A DNA stretch of 64,000 nucleotides from Candidatus Moraniibacteriota bacterium (GCA_016699795.1 CP065011.1:226474-290473); one strand, 5' to 3'; positions 35,284 to 45,708 are shown, counted from the first letter of the stretch. Notes: generated by a model from the letters alone, not told the origin. Translations and numbers: made by a program.

Positions 35284-36039
35284 TTAATATATATATTTTC
35301 CGATTTTTTCATCTCGAATAATCATTCCTTTATCTAAAGTTATAACTCTTCTTTGAATTCTATCTACAACATCACTTGCATGAGTCGCTAAAATAACAGT
35401 CGTACCTATTTCATTCACTTTTAAAAGCAAAGAGATGATACTTTCTTTTGCTCGAGGATCAAGATTTCCCGTAGGCTCATCTGCGACAAGAACGCGAGGC
35501 CTATGCACTAAAGCTCTTGCCGTACACACTCGTTGTTTCTCACCGCCACTTAATTGATGTGGGTAAGCATTTTCTTTTCCAGACAAATTTACAATATCCA
35601 AAATTCCAGGTATTTCCTGTCGTATTTCTTCCGATTTCCATCCATCAATTTCCAAGGGAAAAGCAACATTTTCAAAAATTGTTCTATTTGGTAATAATTT
35701 AAAATCTTGAAAAACAAGTCCAAAATTTCTTCGATAATAAGGAAGGAGTCTTCTTTTGATCGCTGTGGTAGATCTCCCTCCAAAACGAACTTCTCCCTCT
35801 GTTGGAAGCTCTTCTGCATAAAGAAGTTTTAAAAGGGTTGATTTCCCCGCGCCACTCACACCCACAAGACTTACAAATTCTCCTTCTTGTATTGAAAAAT
35901 TTAAATTTTGCAAAGCACAAAAAGAAGTTTCATATGTTTTACCCACAGAATCAAAAACGATCAAAGGTTCCCCATGTTTTTCATTTGGAATTTCTACCAT
36001 AATTTCTTCTTCATTTTGTTTTGATTTCCAATCGTCCAT
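35284..36039 (-). CDS. ftsE: cell division ATP-binding protein FtsE
   Basis: Walker A GVSGAGKST, ABC signature LSGGEKQRV, Walker B LVADEPTGNLD. Confidence 0.85.
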   Translation of the reverse strand: MDDWKSKQNEEEIMVEIPNEKHGEPLIVFDSVGKTYETSFCALQNLNFSIQEGEFVSLVGVSGAGKSTLLKLLYAEELPTEGEVRFGGRSTTAIKRRLLPYYRRNFGLVFQDFKLLPNRTIFENVAFPLEIDGWKSEEIRQEIPGILDIVNLSGKENAYPHQLSGGEKQRVCTARALVHRPRVLVADEPTGNLDPRAKESIISLLLKVNEIGTTVILATHASDVVDRIQRRVITLDKGMIIRDEKIGKYIY

Positions 36040-36089
36040 ATATAAAGAATATCACAAAAAGAATAACTCGCCAATATGCTATGAAAAAT

Positions 36090-36566
36090 TTATAGTAAAA
36101 TTTTTCTTTCAAGCCAATCTTGCAAAATAATTCTCGCCGCCTCTTCATCATCATATCTTTGAATCTGATGAACACCTTTTTCAATCAATTGCATTTGTGC
36201 AATTTTCGTCGAAAACATTTCGTTTTGATAATGAACAACTACGCCATAATTATTTTCAAGAAGTTCTCCTAATTTTTCAGCATCATAAAAAACTTCTTCG
36301 CGATTAATAGGCGAAGGTATCCCTATAATAACAGTTTTTACTTCTTTTTCTTGAATAATTTCTCCTATTTTTTTTATTATCTCTAACGAATTATCCAGTG
36401 TTGTATAGGCAAAAGATATACGTGTTGATTCATCGGCCAAAGCAATTCCTATATCAGATTTTCCCCAATCAATACCCATAAAATCAGCTTTTTCGAAATT
36501 TTTACGAACAACACGAGCTCTTTTTTTTTGTTTTTTAAAAAATTGATGATTTTCTTTTTTTTGCAT
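36090..36566 (-). CDS. yqgF: YqgF/RuvX putative pre-16S rRNA nuclease (Holliday junction resolvase-like)
   Basis: MGIDWGKSDIGIALAD N-terminal motif. The real start is probably that internal Met. Confidence 0.75.
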   Translation of the reverse strand: MQKKENHQFFKKQKKRARVVRKNFEKADFMGIDWGKSDIGIALADESTRISFAYTTLDNSLEIIKKIGEIIQEKEVKTVIIGIPSPINREEVFYDAEKLGELLENNYGVVVHYQNEMFSTKIAQMQLIEKGVHQIQRYDDEEAARIILQDWLERKILL

Positions 36567-36581
36567 ATCTCTATAGAAAAA

Positions 36582-37340
36582 TCATGTTAAAATTTCAAAT
36601 CCATTTTTTGTAATAGCCACAGTATCTTCAAAATGTGCGCTCAAAGATCCGTCAGCTGTAGAAAAAGTCCAGCCATCAGAAAGTTCACGAACTTTCCATG
36701 TTCCCAAAGTGAACATCGGTTCGAGAGCAAGAACCATTCCCTCTTCGACTTTTTCACGAGAAGACCCCGCAACATAATTAGCAATATCTGGTGCTTCATG
36801 AACAGCATGTCCAACACCATGCCCTATAAGATCTCTTACGACAGAAAAACCTCCTTTTTTTGCAATGTTTTCTACAGCATATGCATAATCACGAAGAGTT
36901 GATCCTGGAAAAAAAGTTTCAATTCCAGCATAAAGAGATTCTTTCGTTGCCTCTACTAATTCGCTAGCGCGTTTAGATGGTGATTTTCCTACAATAATCG
37001 TTCTTGCTGTATCCGTTGCCAAGCCTTCAAACCACATACCGATATCAAGAGAAATAAGATCTCCTTCTTGTACTATCTTTTCTTTACTAGGTATTCCATG
37101 TACAACCTCTTCATTCAAAGATATACAGACCGTTGCTGGATAAGGATTTCCAAATTCTTTTCCATAATAAAGAAAAGAGGGCTTTCCTCCAATTTTTTTT
37201 ATTTGATCAAAGGCAAAAACATCAAGTTCATAAGTACTTATACCAGGACGAACTTTTTCAAGAAGCATAAGAAGGACGTCGTGAAGACGTTTACCCCCTT
37301 CTCTCATTTTTTCAATTTCTGCTGGTGTTTTTATTCTCAT
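36582..37340 (-). CDS. map: methionine aminopeptidase type I
   Basis: MAP metal-ligand pattern (D..D..H..E..E); 252 aa. Confidence 0.9.
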   Translation of the reverse strand: MRIKTPAEIEKMREGGKRLHDVLLMLLEKVRPGISTYELDVFAFDQIKKIGGKPSFLYYGKEFGNPYPATVCISLNEEVVHGIPSKEKIVQEGDLISLDIGMWFEGLATDTARTIIVGKSPSKRASELVEATKESLYAGIETFFPGSTLRDYAYAVENIAKKGGFSVVRDLIGHGVGHAVHEAPDIANYVAGSSREKVEEGMVLALEPMFTLGTWKVRELSDGWTFSTADGSLSAHFEDTVAITKNGFEILT

Positions 37341-38031
37341 ATTCTTTTTCTCTCAGAATCAATGTGATTTGTTCATAAACATTCTGGCATACAATTTCTC
37401 CTTCACGATCACCATCAATCTCTAAAAGTATTTTTTTTCGACGATATTCCTCGATAACTGGTAATGTTTCTTCTTCAAAAATATTTAATCTTTTTTCCAC
37501 ACCTTCCAACGTATCATCCTCTCTTTTCATTAAAGGATATTGACAACGAGGACAAAGATCTTTTTGAGCATTCTGTATATCTTTACCTTCGATATAAAAA
37601 CTAAAACATCTTGGACAAAAATATCTATGTTTTATTCTTTTTATAAGAGATTCTTTTTTTACCGAAAGTGAAATAACTCGCAACAAGGGAATTTCTTGTT
37701 TTTGAAGTATCTTCTCAATTCGTTCAATTTGTCCTATGCGTCTAGGGGCTCCGTCAAGAATAATTCCTCTTCGACATTCAGATCTCTTACAAATATCATT
37801 TTGTAAGAGATTTTCAATTATCTCATCTGAAATAAGAGAATGCTCCTTATACATATAATTGTAAATCTCTTTCCCTTGTGGAGTATCCTCTTGAGCAACC
37901 TTTCGGAGCTCCATACCTATATCAACATGCTTGAGTTGAAAAAATTTTGAAAGACAAAGAGCTTGAGCGCTTTTTCCTGAACCAGGAGGGCCCAAAAGGA
38001 CCACACTAAAAAAATTCTGTTTCTTCTCCAT
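37312..38031 (-). CDS. adk: adenylate kinase with Zn-binding lid
   Basis: P-loop GPPGSGKSAQA; lid cysteines CPRC...CPRC. Confidence 0.9.
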   Translation of the reverse strand: MEKKQNFFSVVLLGPPGSGKSAQALCLSKFFQLKHVDIGMELRKVAQEDTPQGKEIYNYMYKEHSLISDEIIENLLQNDICKRSECRRGIILDGAPRRIGQIERIEKILQKQEIPLLRVISLSVKKESLIKRIKHRYFCPRCFSFYIEGKDIQNAQKDLCPRCQYPLMKREDDTLEGVEKRLNIFEEETLPVIEEYRRKKILLEIDGDREGEIVCQNVYEQITLILREKEYENKNTSRN

Positions 38032-38059
38032 AAAACATTTTTATTTCCAAAATGACGTA

Positions 38060-39337
38060 TCAATAAATATCATATCGACGCATCACGAGTTGACTTTCAA
38101 TTTGTTTCACCATCTCAACAACAACAGAAACAGCTATGAGTATACTTGTACCCCCAAGAGTCAAAGTTGAAATATTTGTAAATCCCTGCACAATGATTGG
38201 TAAGACAGCAATAAGACCCAAAAACAAAGATCCAAACAATGTAATGCGACTCGTTACACGAGAAAGATATTCTTCCGTTTGTCGTCCAGGACGTATTCCT
38301 GGAATAAAACCTCCTTGCTTTTGAAGATTCTCTGCTATTTTCTTTGGATCAAAAACAACAGCTGTATAAAAATAAGTAAAAAGTAAAACTAAAATAAAAT
38401 AACTCATTCCATATACCCATTGATTGTTAAAAAGAGTCGTCAAAAATTCTCCGAAAGTTTTAAGATTTTCATTCCCAAATTGAACCAAAGCCCCTCCTAT
38501 AAATGAAGGAAAGAGTACAATTGAAACAGCAAAAATAATTGGAATAACACCAGCTTGATTCACACGAAGGGGAAGATGAGTTGTAACACTTCCTCCTGTA
38601 GCATTCCCCCCCGAACGAGCTCTTTTAGCATAAGAAACTGGAATATTTCGTTGACCCTCATTTACAAAAACAACGCCAGCAATAGTTATAAGCCCGATCA
38701 TGAGGAAAATTAAATAAGTAAAAAGTTGTGTTGAATCAAAAAGAGAAAGCGTTTGAGAAAAAACAGAAGGAAGTCCTGCAACGATACCTGCAAAAATCAT
38801 AATAGAAACACCATTCCCTATTTTTTTCTCTGTAATAAGCTCTCCTAACCACATAAGAAAAATAGTTCCAGCCGTTGCAATAATTACCAAAACAGCCGTA
38901 TCATAAGCAGTTAGATTAACAAGTATCTGTTGCGATTTGAAAAGCGATATCATCCCAAATGTTTGAAGTATAGCCAAAGGAACTGTTATGAGCCTTGTAA
39001 TCATGGTAAATTTCTGTCTTCCTGCTTCCCCATCTTCTTTATACATCTGTTCAAATTGAGGAACTACCATAGTAAGAACCTGCATAATAATAGATGACGT
39101 AATGTACGGACCCACTCCCAAGAGCACTATGGAAATATTACTCAACCCTCCACCCGAAAAAATATTTAAAAGACCCAAAAGTTGACTACTTTCAAAAAGA
39201 GTCTTAACACGATCCATATCCACTCCCGGAAGAGGGATGTTAGCTGCAAATCTATATACAACCAAAATCGCCACAATAAAAAGTATCTTATTTCGAAGTT
39301 CAGAAACTTGAAAAACAGAAAGAAGTCGACGCATCAT
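38060..39337 (-). CDS. secY: preprotein translocase SecY
   Basis: 425 aa, 10 TM helices, conserved SecY segments; position after rplO. Confidence 0.95.
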   Translation of the reverse strand: MMRRLLSVFQVSELRNKILFIVAILVVYRFAANIPLPGVDMDRVKTLFESSQLLGLLNIFSGGGLSNISIVLLGVGPYITSSIIMQVLTMVVPQFEQMYKEDGEAGRQKFTMITRLITVPLAILQTFGMISLFKSQQILVNLTAYDTAVLVIIATAGTIFLMWLGELITEKKIGNGVSIMIFAGIVAGLPSVFSQTLSLFDSTQLFTYLIFLMIGLITIAGVVFVNEGQRNIPVSYAKRARSGGNATGGSVTTHLPLRVNQAGVIPIIFAVSIVLFPSFIGGALVQFGNENLKTFGEFLTTLFNNQWVYGMSYFILVLLFTYFYTAVVFDPKKIAENLQKQGGFIPGIRPGRQTEEYLSRVTSRITLFGSLFLGLIAVLPIIVQGFTNISTLTLGGTSILIAVSVVVEMVKQIESQLVMRRYDIY

Positions 39338-39404
39338 AGAGAAATTGTAATTTTGATTCTTCTTATTATTTCAACTAACAATAATCCGGAAAGAAAACTC
39401 GAAT

Positions 39405-39860
39405 TTATTTCGAGCTTTCTTGGATTTCTTCAACTTTTCCACCAGCTTCAAGAATACTATCATGAGCGTTTTGAGAAAGAAGTATTTCACTTCCAATTAC
39501 AAGATTTTTCGAAAGTTTTCCTTTAAATACTATCTTGACACCATTTCGCTCATTCTTCTTTGTGAGAATCTTTTTCGCAAGAAGAGTTTCTATTGAAACC
39601 GTTTCACCACCTTCATAGTGACTCTCGAGTTTTTCTGTAGTAAGAGTAATTTTTTTAAGATGAATAGACTTCACACCACGAGATTTTTTCATTCTCTCTA
39701 CAAGAGAAGATCTTCCACCTTCAAATAGAGGATCAATCTTACTTCCCGAACGAGATTTCTGTCCTTTCGTTCCTCGCCCAGAATAAGTTCCGCGTTTTCC
39801 TCCTCTCCCTACGCGCTTCCGATCTTTCTTTCCCTTTATACTAAGTTCATGTATCTGCAT
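39405..39860 (-). CDS. rplO: 50S ribosomal protein L15
   Basis: Gly/Arg-rich N-terminus KRVGRGGKRGTYSGRGTKGQ. Confidence 0.9.
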   Translation of the reverse strand: MQIHELSIKGKKDRKRVGRGGKRGTYSGRGTKGQKSRSGSKIDPLFEGGRSSLVERMKKSRGVKSIHLKKITLTTEKLESHYEGGETVSIETLLAKKILTKKNERNGVKIVFKGKLSKNLVIGSEILLSQNAHDSILEAGGKVEEIQESSK

Positions 39861-39890
39861 ACGCTTTTATGCGTCATTAATTTACCTTCT

Positions 39891-40643
39891 TTATACTGAT
39901 TTCTTCATTGTTCGAGTCTTCTTCGGTTTCGCATCTCCTTTTACACTCACCTTCTTAGGGGCTCGTGTAACTACTTCTTTCTTTTCCACTGAAGTAACCT
40001 TCTTTATTGGAGCTTTCTTAATAATATTCTTAGCTTCTAATTCTTTATCTTTTTTCAATCCACTTTCTTTCTTAGTTTCATTCTTTATTGCAGAAGTTTT
40101 CTTTTCTGAAACAATATCGTTAACTACTTCAGGCGTGTTTTTTTTCTCTTCCTGAGAAAGTGTTTTTTGCTTTAAATTAGTAGGTCTTTGTAATTTTCCC
40201 AAAGCAATAAGAGTTGCTCGTGCTACATTTAATTTGTTAGCTGTTCCAAGTGATTTAGTTGTAATGTCGTGAATTCCAGCTAAATCAACAATAGATCGGA
40301 CAGCTCCTCCAGAAATAAGACCTCGTCCCTGAGCTGCTGGTTTAAGAAGAACTTTAGCACTTCCCAATTTTACAGAAATATCATGTGGTATAGTTCCGTC
40401 CACGATAGGAACTGTCACGATTGATTTTTTAGCACTTGCATATGCTTTAGAGATAGCATCTGTAACATCAGAACCTTTGGAAACACCTACTCCAACCCTC
40501 CCTCGACGGTCTCCTATAACTACAGTAGCTCGAAATCGAAACCTTCGACCTCCTTTTACAACTCGAGTAACTCGTCGTAAATCTAAAAGTCTTTGTTCAA
40601 ACTCGGGTTTTTCTCGACGCATTTTTTTTCGTGGATTCGCCAT
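39891..40643 (-). CDS. rpsE: 30S ribosomal protein S5 with about 85-aa lysine-rich C-terminal extension
   Basis: RVTRVVKGGRRFRFRATVVIGD S5 core, then a K-rich tail; 250 aa. Confidence 0.9.
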   Translation of the reverse strand: MANPRKKMRREKPEFEQRLLDLRRVTRVVKGGRRFRFRATVVIGDRRGRVGVGVSKGSDVTDAISKAYASAKKSIVTVPIVDGTIPHDISVKLGSAKVLLKPAAQGRGLISGGAVRSIVDLAGIHDITTKSLGTANKLNVARATLIALGKLQRPTNLKQKTLSQEEKKNTPEVVNDIVSEKKTSAIKNETKKESGLKKDKELEAKNIIKKAPIKKVTSVEKKEVVTRAPKKVSVKGDAKPKKTRTMKKSV

Positions 40644-40662
40644 ATATCAAAAATAGTATTCA

Positions 40663-41019
40663 TTAAAACTGTAAACCACCCTCGCGAGCCCCTTCAGCAA
40701 GAGCTTTGATCTTTCCATGATAAGCATATCCGCCCCTATCAAAAACAATCTTCGCGATTCCGACCTTTGTCGCTTTTTGGGCCAAAATTAGTCCTATCAT
40801 ATGAGCTCGGGAAACATCGTTTTTGGGAAATTTCTTTTTATCAAGTTCACGCCAATCTGCGCTAGTCAAGGTAAGAGAATTTTCATCATCAACAAGTTGA
40901 ACATACATTCCGCAAAGAGTTCTGCGAACAGACAATCTTGGTCTATCATTTGATCCGACTATACGAGCTCGGATGCGATGATGACGTCGCTGTCTTAAAC
41001 TTTTTTCAACTTCTTTCAT
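40663..41019 (-). CDS. rplR: 50S ribosomal protein L18
   Basis: 118 aa; operon position and conserved C-terminal YHGKIKALAEGAREGG. Confidence 0.9.
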   Translation of the reverse strand: MKEVEKSLRQRRHHRIRARIVGSNDRPRLSVRRTLCGMYVQLVDDENSLTLTSADWRELDKKKFPKNDVSRAHMIGLILAQKATKVGIAKIVFDRGGYAYHGKIKALAEGAREGGLQF

Positions 41020-41046
41020 ATATACTTTTCTTCATTCATATAAGAT

Positions 41047-41622
41047 TTAATTTCCAGCTTTCTTTCCTTCTTTTCTTCGAACAATTTCATCGCTGTACTT
41101 AAAGCCTTTTCCCTTATATGGCTCGACTGGCTTAAGAGCACGAATATTTGCTGTAAATTGACCAACTTGTTGTTTATCAATACCAAATATTGTCAAAGTA
41201 TTATCTTTAATAACGGCCTCTATTCCTTCAGGTATTTCGCGCTCTACAGGATGAGAAAAGCCTAAAGCCATGACCATTTTTCCACCTTGAATATTCATAC
41301 GAAAACCGACTCCATTAAGCTCAAGTTTTTTTTCAAAACCTCGAGAAACTCCTATGATCATATTTTCAATGAGACGAGCTGTCGTCCCCCATAAAGCATT
41401 TGTCTCTGAAGTTTCAACTTTTCGGATTACTCGAAGTGCGGCATTGTTTTCTTCCATTTCAACATAAACATCTCGATGATGAGAAAAAGAAAGTTTTCCT
41501 TTTGGTCCGTCAACTTCAACCAAACGATTTTTACTATCAATCGTAACGGTAACTCCTTGAGGAATTATAACTGATTTTTTTCCAATTCGACTCATAAAAC
41601 TAACAGTTACCAAATATAACAA
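41047..41622 (-). CDS. rplF: 50S ribosomal protein L6
   Basis: Two-domain L6 pattern; operon position. Confidence 0.9.
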   Translation of the reverse strand: MLYLVTVSFMSRIGKKSVIIPQGVTVTIDSKNRLVEVDGPKGKLSFSHHRDVYVEMEENNAALRVIRKVETSETNALWGTTARLIENMIIGVSRGFEKKLELNGVGFRMNIQGGKMVMALGFSHPVEREIPEGIEAVIKDNTLTIFGIDKQQVGQFTANIRALKPVEPYKGKGFKYSDEIVRRKEGKKAGN

Positions 41623-42005
41623 ACATATTCACCACCAACTCCACGCTTTCTCGCTTCTTCTCCTGAAAGCACCCCTTCGGAAGTTGAAATAACGGCAACG
41701 CCGAGTCCATTTTTAACTTTTCGAATATCTGTCGACCGAACATATACTCGTTGACCCTCTTTACTCACACGATGAATCTCATGAATAACTGGTTCTTTCA
41801 AAGAAAAACCTAAAGATTTATATTTAAGGTCAATTTCTAAAAGAGATCTCTCTTCTACGGTAGTCGCTCGGACATCTTCAATAAATCCGCGCTTCTTTAA
41901 AACCTCTGCTACTGCTTTTTTGAGCTTAGAAGAGGGAAGAACGATTCCTGCCTTTTGAGCAAGCTGAGCATTCCTTATTCTTGTAAGCATATCACTGATA
42001 GGGTC
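41607..42005 (-). CDS. rpsH: 30S ribosomal protein S8
   Basis: MLDPISDMLTRIRNA canonical N-terminus (internal Met of the longer ORF). Confidence 0.9.
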   Translation of the reverse strand, partial: DPISDMLTRIRNAQLAQKAGIVLPSSKLKKAVAEVLKKRGFIEDVRATTVEERSLLEIDLKYKSLGFSLKEPVIHEIHRVSKEGQRVYVRSTDIRKVKNGLGVAVISTSEGVLSGEEARKRGVGGEYVCYIW

Positions 42006-42057
42006 CAACATAATCGTATATTCGATGCTATTTAGCATTATCAAACTTTTTTCATTA

Positions 42058-42243
42058 TTACCAAGAGGATCTTCGTACTCCAGGAATTTCTCCCCGGGAT
42101 GCCAATTCTCGAAAACAAATTCGGCACACTCCAAATTTCCTCAAAAAACCATGCTTTCTTCCACATTTCCAACATCTTCGAACAATTCTTGTTGAAAACT
42201 TTGGTTTCTTTAACGCTCGTGCTTGTACAGATGTCTTTGCCAT
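42058..42243 (-). CDS. rpsZ: 30S ribosomal protein S14 type Z (zinc-binding, 61 aa)
   Basis: CxxC...CRIC zinc motif; 61 aa. Confidence 0.9.
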   Translation of the reverse strand: MAKTSVQARALKKPKFSTRIVRRCWKCGRKHGFLRKFGVCRICFRELASRGEIPGVRRSSW

Positions 42244-42255
42244 ATCTTCAAGAGA

Positions 42256-42813
42256 CTAATTATTCGTTTTGAAAGGAAATCGAAGTGCTGAAAATAAAAC
42301 TTCAGCTATTTCTCTATTTCCTGATGATGTTACTACGGTCACTTGCAATGAAAACGGGAATTGAACCTTTTCGGCCCGGATCTCAGGAAAAATAGTATGT
42401 TCCCGAATTCCTAGATTCAAATTTCCAGCTTGGTCAACAATGGATTTTTCCAATCCTTGAAAATCTCTTGTTCGAGGAAGTGCTATATGGATCAGGCGGT
42501 CAAGGAAATCCCACATTCGATTCCCTCGTAAAGTAACTTTTATTCCGGAGGGAACTCCTTCTCGTATCTTAAATCCTGCTATAGCTCTTTTAGATAACAC
42601 GACAACAGGCTTTTGTCCAGTTATTTGTGTTATATCATTACAAATAGCTTCTATTTTTTGATTCTCTTTATGAATTCTTCCCACTCCAACATTAACAATA
42701 ACTTTTTCAATCTTTGGAACAGAATGTATATTTGAAATACCAAAACGACTAGAGAGGTCTTTTACAACATCTTTGCGATATTTTTCTTGTGTGGAAATAA
42801 TAGTAGTAGTCAT
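42256..42813 (-). CDS. rplE: 50S ribosomal protein L5
   Basis: Conserved L5 core; the start is placed at an internal Met to avoid overlap with rplX. Confidence 0.85.
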   Translation of the reverse strand: MTTTIISTQEKYRKDVVKDLSSRFGISNIHSVPKIEKVIVNVGVGRIHKENQKIEAICNDITQITGQKPVVVLSKRAIAGFKIREGVPSGIKVTLRGNRMWDFLDRLIHIALPRTRDFQGLEKSIVDQAGNLNLGIREHTIFPEIRAEKVQFPFSLQVTVVTSSGNREIAEVLFSALRFPFKTNN

Positions 42814-42817
42814 ATTT

Positions 42818-43129
42818 TTAAGAAATAATCGCGTTACACTTCTTACATTTACGCTCTTTCTTTGCGGAGTCATTCACAACATATCCAACTCGAGTCGCTT
42901 TTGCGCATTTTGGACAGAGAAGAGCTACATTAGAAACATTTATAGGAGCATTGACTTCTACAATTTGTCCCTTTTCTCCTTTTCTTTGTGGCTTTCTATG
43001 TCTTTTTGTAAGGTTTATTCCCTCTACAATAAGACGCCCTTTCGTTGGTTGAACAGAAACAACAACGCCATCTTTATTTCGTTCCTTTCCTGTAAGAACC
43101 CGAATTTTATCACCTTTCTTAATCTTCAT
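42818..43129 (-). CDS. rplX: 50S ribosomal protein L24 with C-terminal CxxC...CxxC zinc-ribbon extension
   Basis: KOW N-terminus MKIKKGDKIRVLTGKE, then a C-terminal LLCPKCAKATRVGYVVNDSAKKERKCKKCNAIIS. Confidence 0.85.
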   Translation of the reverse strand: MKIKKGDKIRVLTGKERNKDGVVVSVQPTKGRLIVEGINLTKRHRKPQRKGEKGQIVEVNAPINVSNVALLCPKCAKATRVGYVVNDSAKKERKCKKCNAIIS

Positions 43130-43146
43130 ACACGAAATTATTCGAT

Positions 43147-43512
43147 TTACAAAACTTCTGGAGCGAGTGAAATTATCTTCGAAAAACCAGCTTCTCTTAA
43201 TTCTCTCGCTACTGGACCAAATATTCGAGTTCCTTTAGGCTCTTTTCCTTCAAGAATTACAGCAGCATTATCATCAAATGATATCCATGAACCATCTTTT
43301 CTTCTCAACGGATGAGCTTGGCGAACAATAACCACTTTAACTTTAGCACCTTTTTTTACTGAGCCTCTTGGTTCCGCTGATTTTACTGATGCAATAACAA
43401 TATCGCCAACACTAGCATATCGACGTCGAGAACCGCCAGGAACTTTGAAGCACTCCACAATTTTAGCTCCTGAGTTATCTGCTACACGTAATCTTGTTTC
43501 CGCCTGAATCAT
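43147..43512 (-). CDS. rplN: 50S ribosomal protein L14
   Basis: [17 protein letters not shown] canonical start. Confidence 0.95.
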   Translation of the reverse strand: MIQAETRLRVADNSGAKIVECFKVPGGSRRRYASVGDIVIASVKSAEPRGSVKKGAKVKVVIVRQAHPLRRKDGSWISFDDNAAVILEGKEPKGTRIFGPVARELREAGFSKIISLAPEVL

Positions 43513-43524
43513 AACTGTCTATAA

Positions 43525-43800
43525 TTATCGATTTTCAATAATGCTCAAAAATTCAAAACTCTTTCGTTTACTATGAGGGCGACAAGAAGAAAAACGAATA
43601 AGATTTCCAACTTTGCATTTACCCAACTCATCATGTACCAAATATCGCTTCGTCTTCTTATACTTCTTTCGATATTTTGGATGCATCTCATAACGAACAA
43701 CTTCTACACAAAGAGTTTTTTCGGAAGATAAACGAACAACTTCTCCTGTAAAGAGTGTTCTTTTACTTCGTACTTCTTCTTGTTGCTCTTCCTTTATCAT
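43525..43800 (-). CDS. rpsQ: 30S ribosomal protein S17
   Basis: OB-fold S17 signature; operon position. Confidence 0.9.
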   Translation of the reverse strand: MIKEEQQEEVRSKRTLFTGEVVRLSSEKTLCVEVVRYEMHPKYRKKYKKTKRYLVHDELGKCKVGNLIRFSSCRPHSKRKSFEFLSIIENR

Positions 43801-43846
43801 ATTGTTACAGCCTCTATAGTATATCTTAAAAAATTCTTAATCATCT

Positions 43847-44044
43847 TTATTCAACAACATCTTTACGTTCACGTTCTTGCGTCATAAGCTTTGCTAAATT
43901 CTTTCGTAATGATCCATACTGAGTGTTTTGTTTAAGCTTTCCAACGCTCAAAGCAAATCTTGTTCCTCTTAAAGCATCTCGAGTTTCTTCAATTGCTTTT
44001 CTTAGCTCTACCTCGCTCATTTGTTGAATATCATGGTATTTCAT
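43847..44044 (-). CDS. rpmC: 50S ribosomal protein L29
   Basis: Short helical protein between rplP and rpsQ; the internal Met avoids overlap with rplP. Confidence 0.8.
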   Translation of the reverse strand: MKYHDIQQMSEVELRKAIEETRDALRGTRFALSVGKLKQNTQYGSLRKNLAKLMTQERERKDVVE

Positions 44045-44048
44045 AAGA

Positions 44049-44468
44049 TTATACGTTGTTGTCTTGATCCCTTTTAACAAATTTTGCTTTAACACTCAAT
44101 TTTTGTGAAGCTCTTCTCATTGCTTCACGAGCAATATTAATAGCAACACCATCCATCTCAAACATCACTTTTCCAGGTTTGATCTTAGCTACATAATGAT
44201 CTACTGATCCCTTTCCCTTTCCCATAGGAGTTTCAGCTCCTTTTTTGGTAATAGGCTTATCTGGAAAGAGACGTATCCAAATTTTTCCTCCACGCTGAAC
44301 ATATCTAGTCATTGCCCGGCGAGCAGCTTCTATTTGTCTAGAAGAAATAAGTCCGCCTTCCATAGCTTTAAGACCGAATGATCCAAAATTCACACTCTGC
44401 CCACGTCGAGCAAGGCCCCGAACTTTACCACCTCGGAACATCTTTCGATGCTTAACTTTTTTTGGCAT
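44049..44468 (-). CDS. rplP: 50S ribosomal protein L16
   Basis: [14 protein letters not shown] canonical start. Confidence 0.9.
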   Translation of the reverse strand: MPKKVKHRKMFRGGKVRGLARRGQSVNFGSFGLKAMEGGLISSRQIEAARRAMTRYVQRGGKIWIRLFPDKPITKKGAETPMGKGKGSVDHYVAKIKPGKVMFEMDGVAINIAREAMRRASQKLSVKAKFVKRDQDNNV

Positions 44469-44502
44469 TAAAAACATAACCTTGTCGCATCAATAATTTA
44501 CT

Positions 44503-45150
44503 TTACATGCCCACCTTTATCCCCTTGTACAACCAAACCTTCACACCTATCGTTCCGTACGTCGTATAAGCAATAGCATATCCATAATCTATATTAGCTC
44601 GTAACGTATGTAAAGGAATAGTTCCGTGAGACAAACGTTCTGAACGAGACATTTCCGCACCACCCAATCGTCCTGATACCTCTATTTTAACTCCAAAAAG
44701 ATTCTTATTCTTTTTTACCTGATCTATCGATGATTTCAGAACTCGGCGAAAAGGCATTCGTTTCTCTAACTGTTCAGCAACATTTTGAGCTAAAAGAAGG
44801 GCATCCTCTTCATAATTTCGAACTTCTTGGATATCCAATTTCAATTGAATCTTCTTTCCTGCAAAAAACTTAGCTTTAAGTTTCAAAGTCATACTCTCGA
44901 TACCGTTTCCCCCTCTTCCGATAACCATACCAGGACGAGCTGTCCGAACAATCATTCGAACAAAACCTGCTGAACGCTCGATATCAACATCAGAAATACC
45001 TGCACTTTTCCATTCCTTCCTTATGAATTCACGGATTCCTACATCTTGACGCAAAGAATCAACATAATCTTTTGATGAGCGAAACCAACGTGATGCCCAA
45101 CCAGTGTTGATACCTAAACGAAGACTTTTTGGATGCGCTTTTTGCCCCAT
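44503..45150 (-). CDS. rpsC: 30S ribosomal protein S3
   Basis: MGQKAHPKSLRLG canonical start; KH domain. Confidence 0.95.
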   Translation of the reverse strand: MGQKAHPKSLRLGINTGWASRWFRSSKDYVDSLRQDVGIREFIRKEWKSAGISDVDIERSAGFVRMIVRTARPGMVIGRGGNGIESMTLKLKAKFFAGKKIQLKLDIQEVRNYEEDALLLAQNVAEQLEKRMPFRRVLKSSIDQVKKNKNLFGVKIEVSGRLGGAEMSRSERLSHGTIPLHTLRANIDYGYAIAYTTYGTIGVKVWLYKGIKVGM

Positions 45151-45161
45151 ATTTTTCCTTA

Positions 45162-45704
45162 TTACTTCTCGAGTTTACTTACCTTCTTACCCTTTTTTTC
45201 AACATTCGTCAAATCTTCATTCTTCTTTGCCGGTGTTTTTTTCTCTTTCTTCAACAAAATCTTTTCGGAAGACTTTTCTTTCTTTGCTGTAGATACCACC
45301 TTTTCTTTCAAAACTTTCTTCTTCTCTTGTTGAATTAAATCATCATTCTTCACCGTCAAATCTCTTCGATCTTCCAAAACAACCGTGATATGAGATACTC
45401 TCTTAATAATTCTTGCCGCTCTTCCATGAGAACGCGCTCTCCATCGCTTCAAACTAGTAGCTTCATCTACAATTATATCTTTAACAAAAAGAAGTCCCTT
45501 ATCTAATTGAAAATTATTCTCAGCATTTGCTACAGCACCTTTAATAAGAACAACTAGCATTCCTGCTGCCTCACGAGGACATGCTCGTAAACGAGCAACA
45601 GCTTCGTCAGGTGCGAAACCTTTAACAGTATCAGAAACTACTCTGATTTTTCGAGGTGACATTCTATAATTTTTGAGTTGTGCTCTGACTTTCATATACT
45701 TCAA
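45162..45704 (-). CDS. rplV: 50S ribosomal protein L22 with K/E-rich C-terminal extension
   Basis: L22 core of about 110 aa, then a 70-aa lysine-rich tail. Confidence 0.9.
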   Translation of the reverse strand: MKYMKVRAQLKNYRMSPRKIRVVSDTVKGFAPDEAVARLRACPREAAGMLVVLIKGAVANAENNFQLDKGLLFVKDIIVDEATSLKRWRARSHGRAARIIKRVSHITVVLEDRRDLTVKNDDLIQQEKKKVLKEKVVSTAKKEKSSEKILLKKEKKTPAKKNEDLTNVEKKGKKVSKLEK

Positions 45705-45708
45705 ATCA

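Noticed and set aside
37312-37340. 29-nt overlap between map and adk, considered as possible evidence of a frameshift.
   Set aside because: Map has an alternative internal Met (MREGGKRL) 11 codons in that removes the overlap. Both proteins are full-length with intact motifs.
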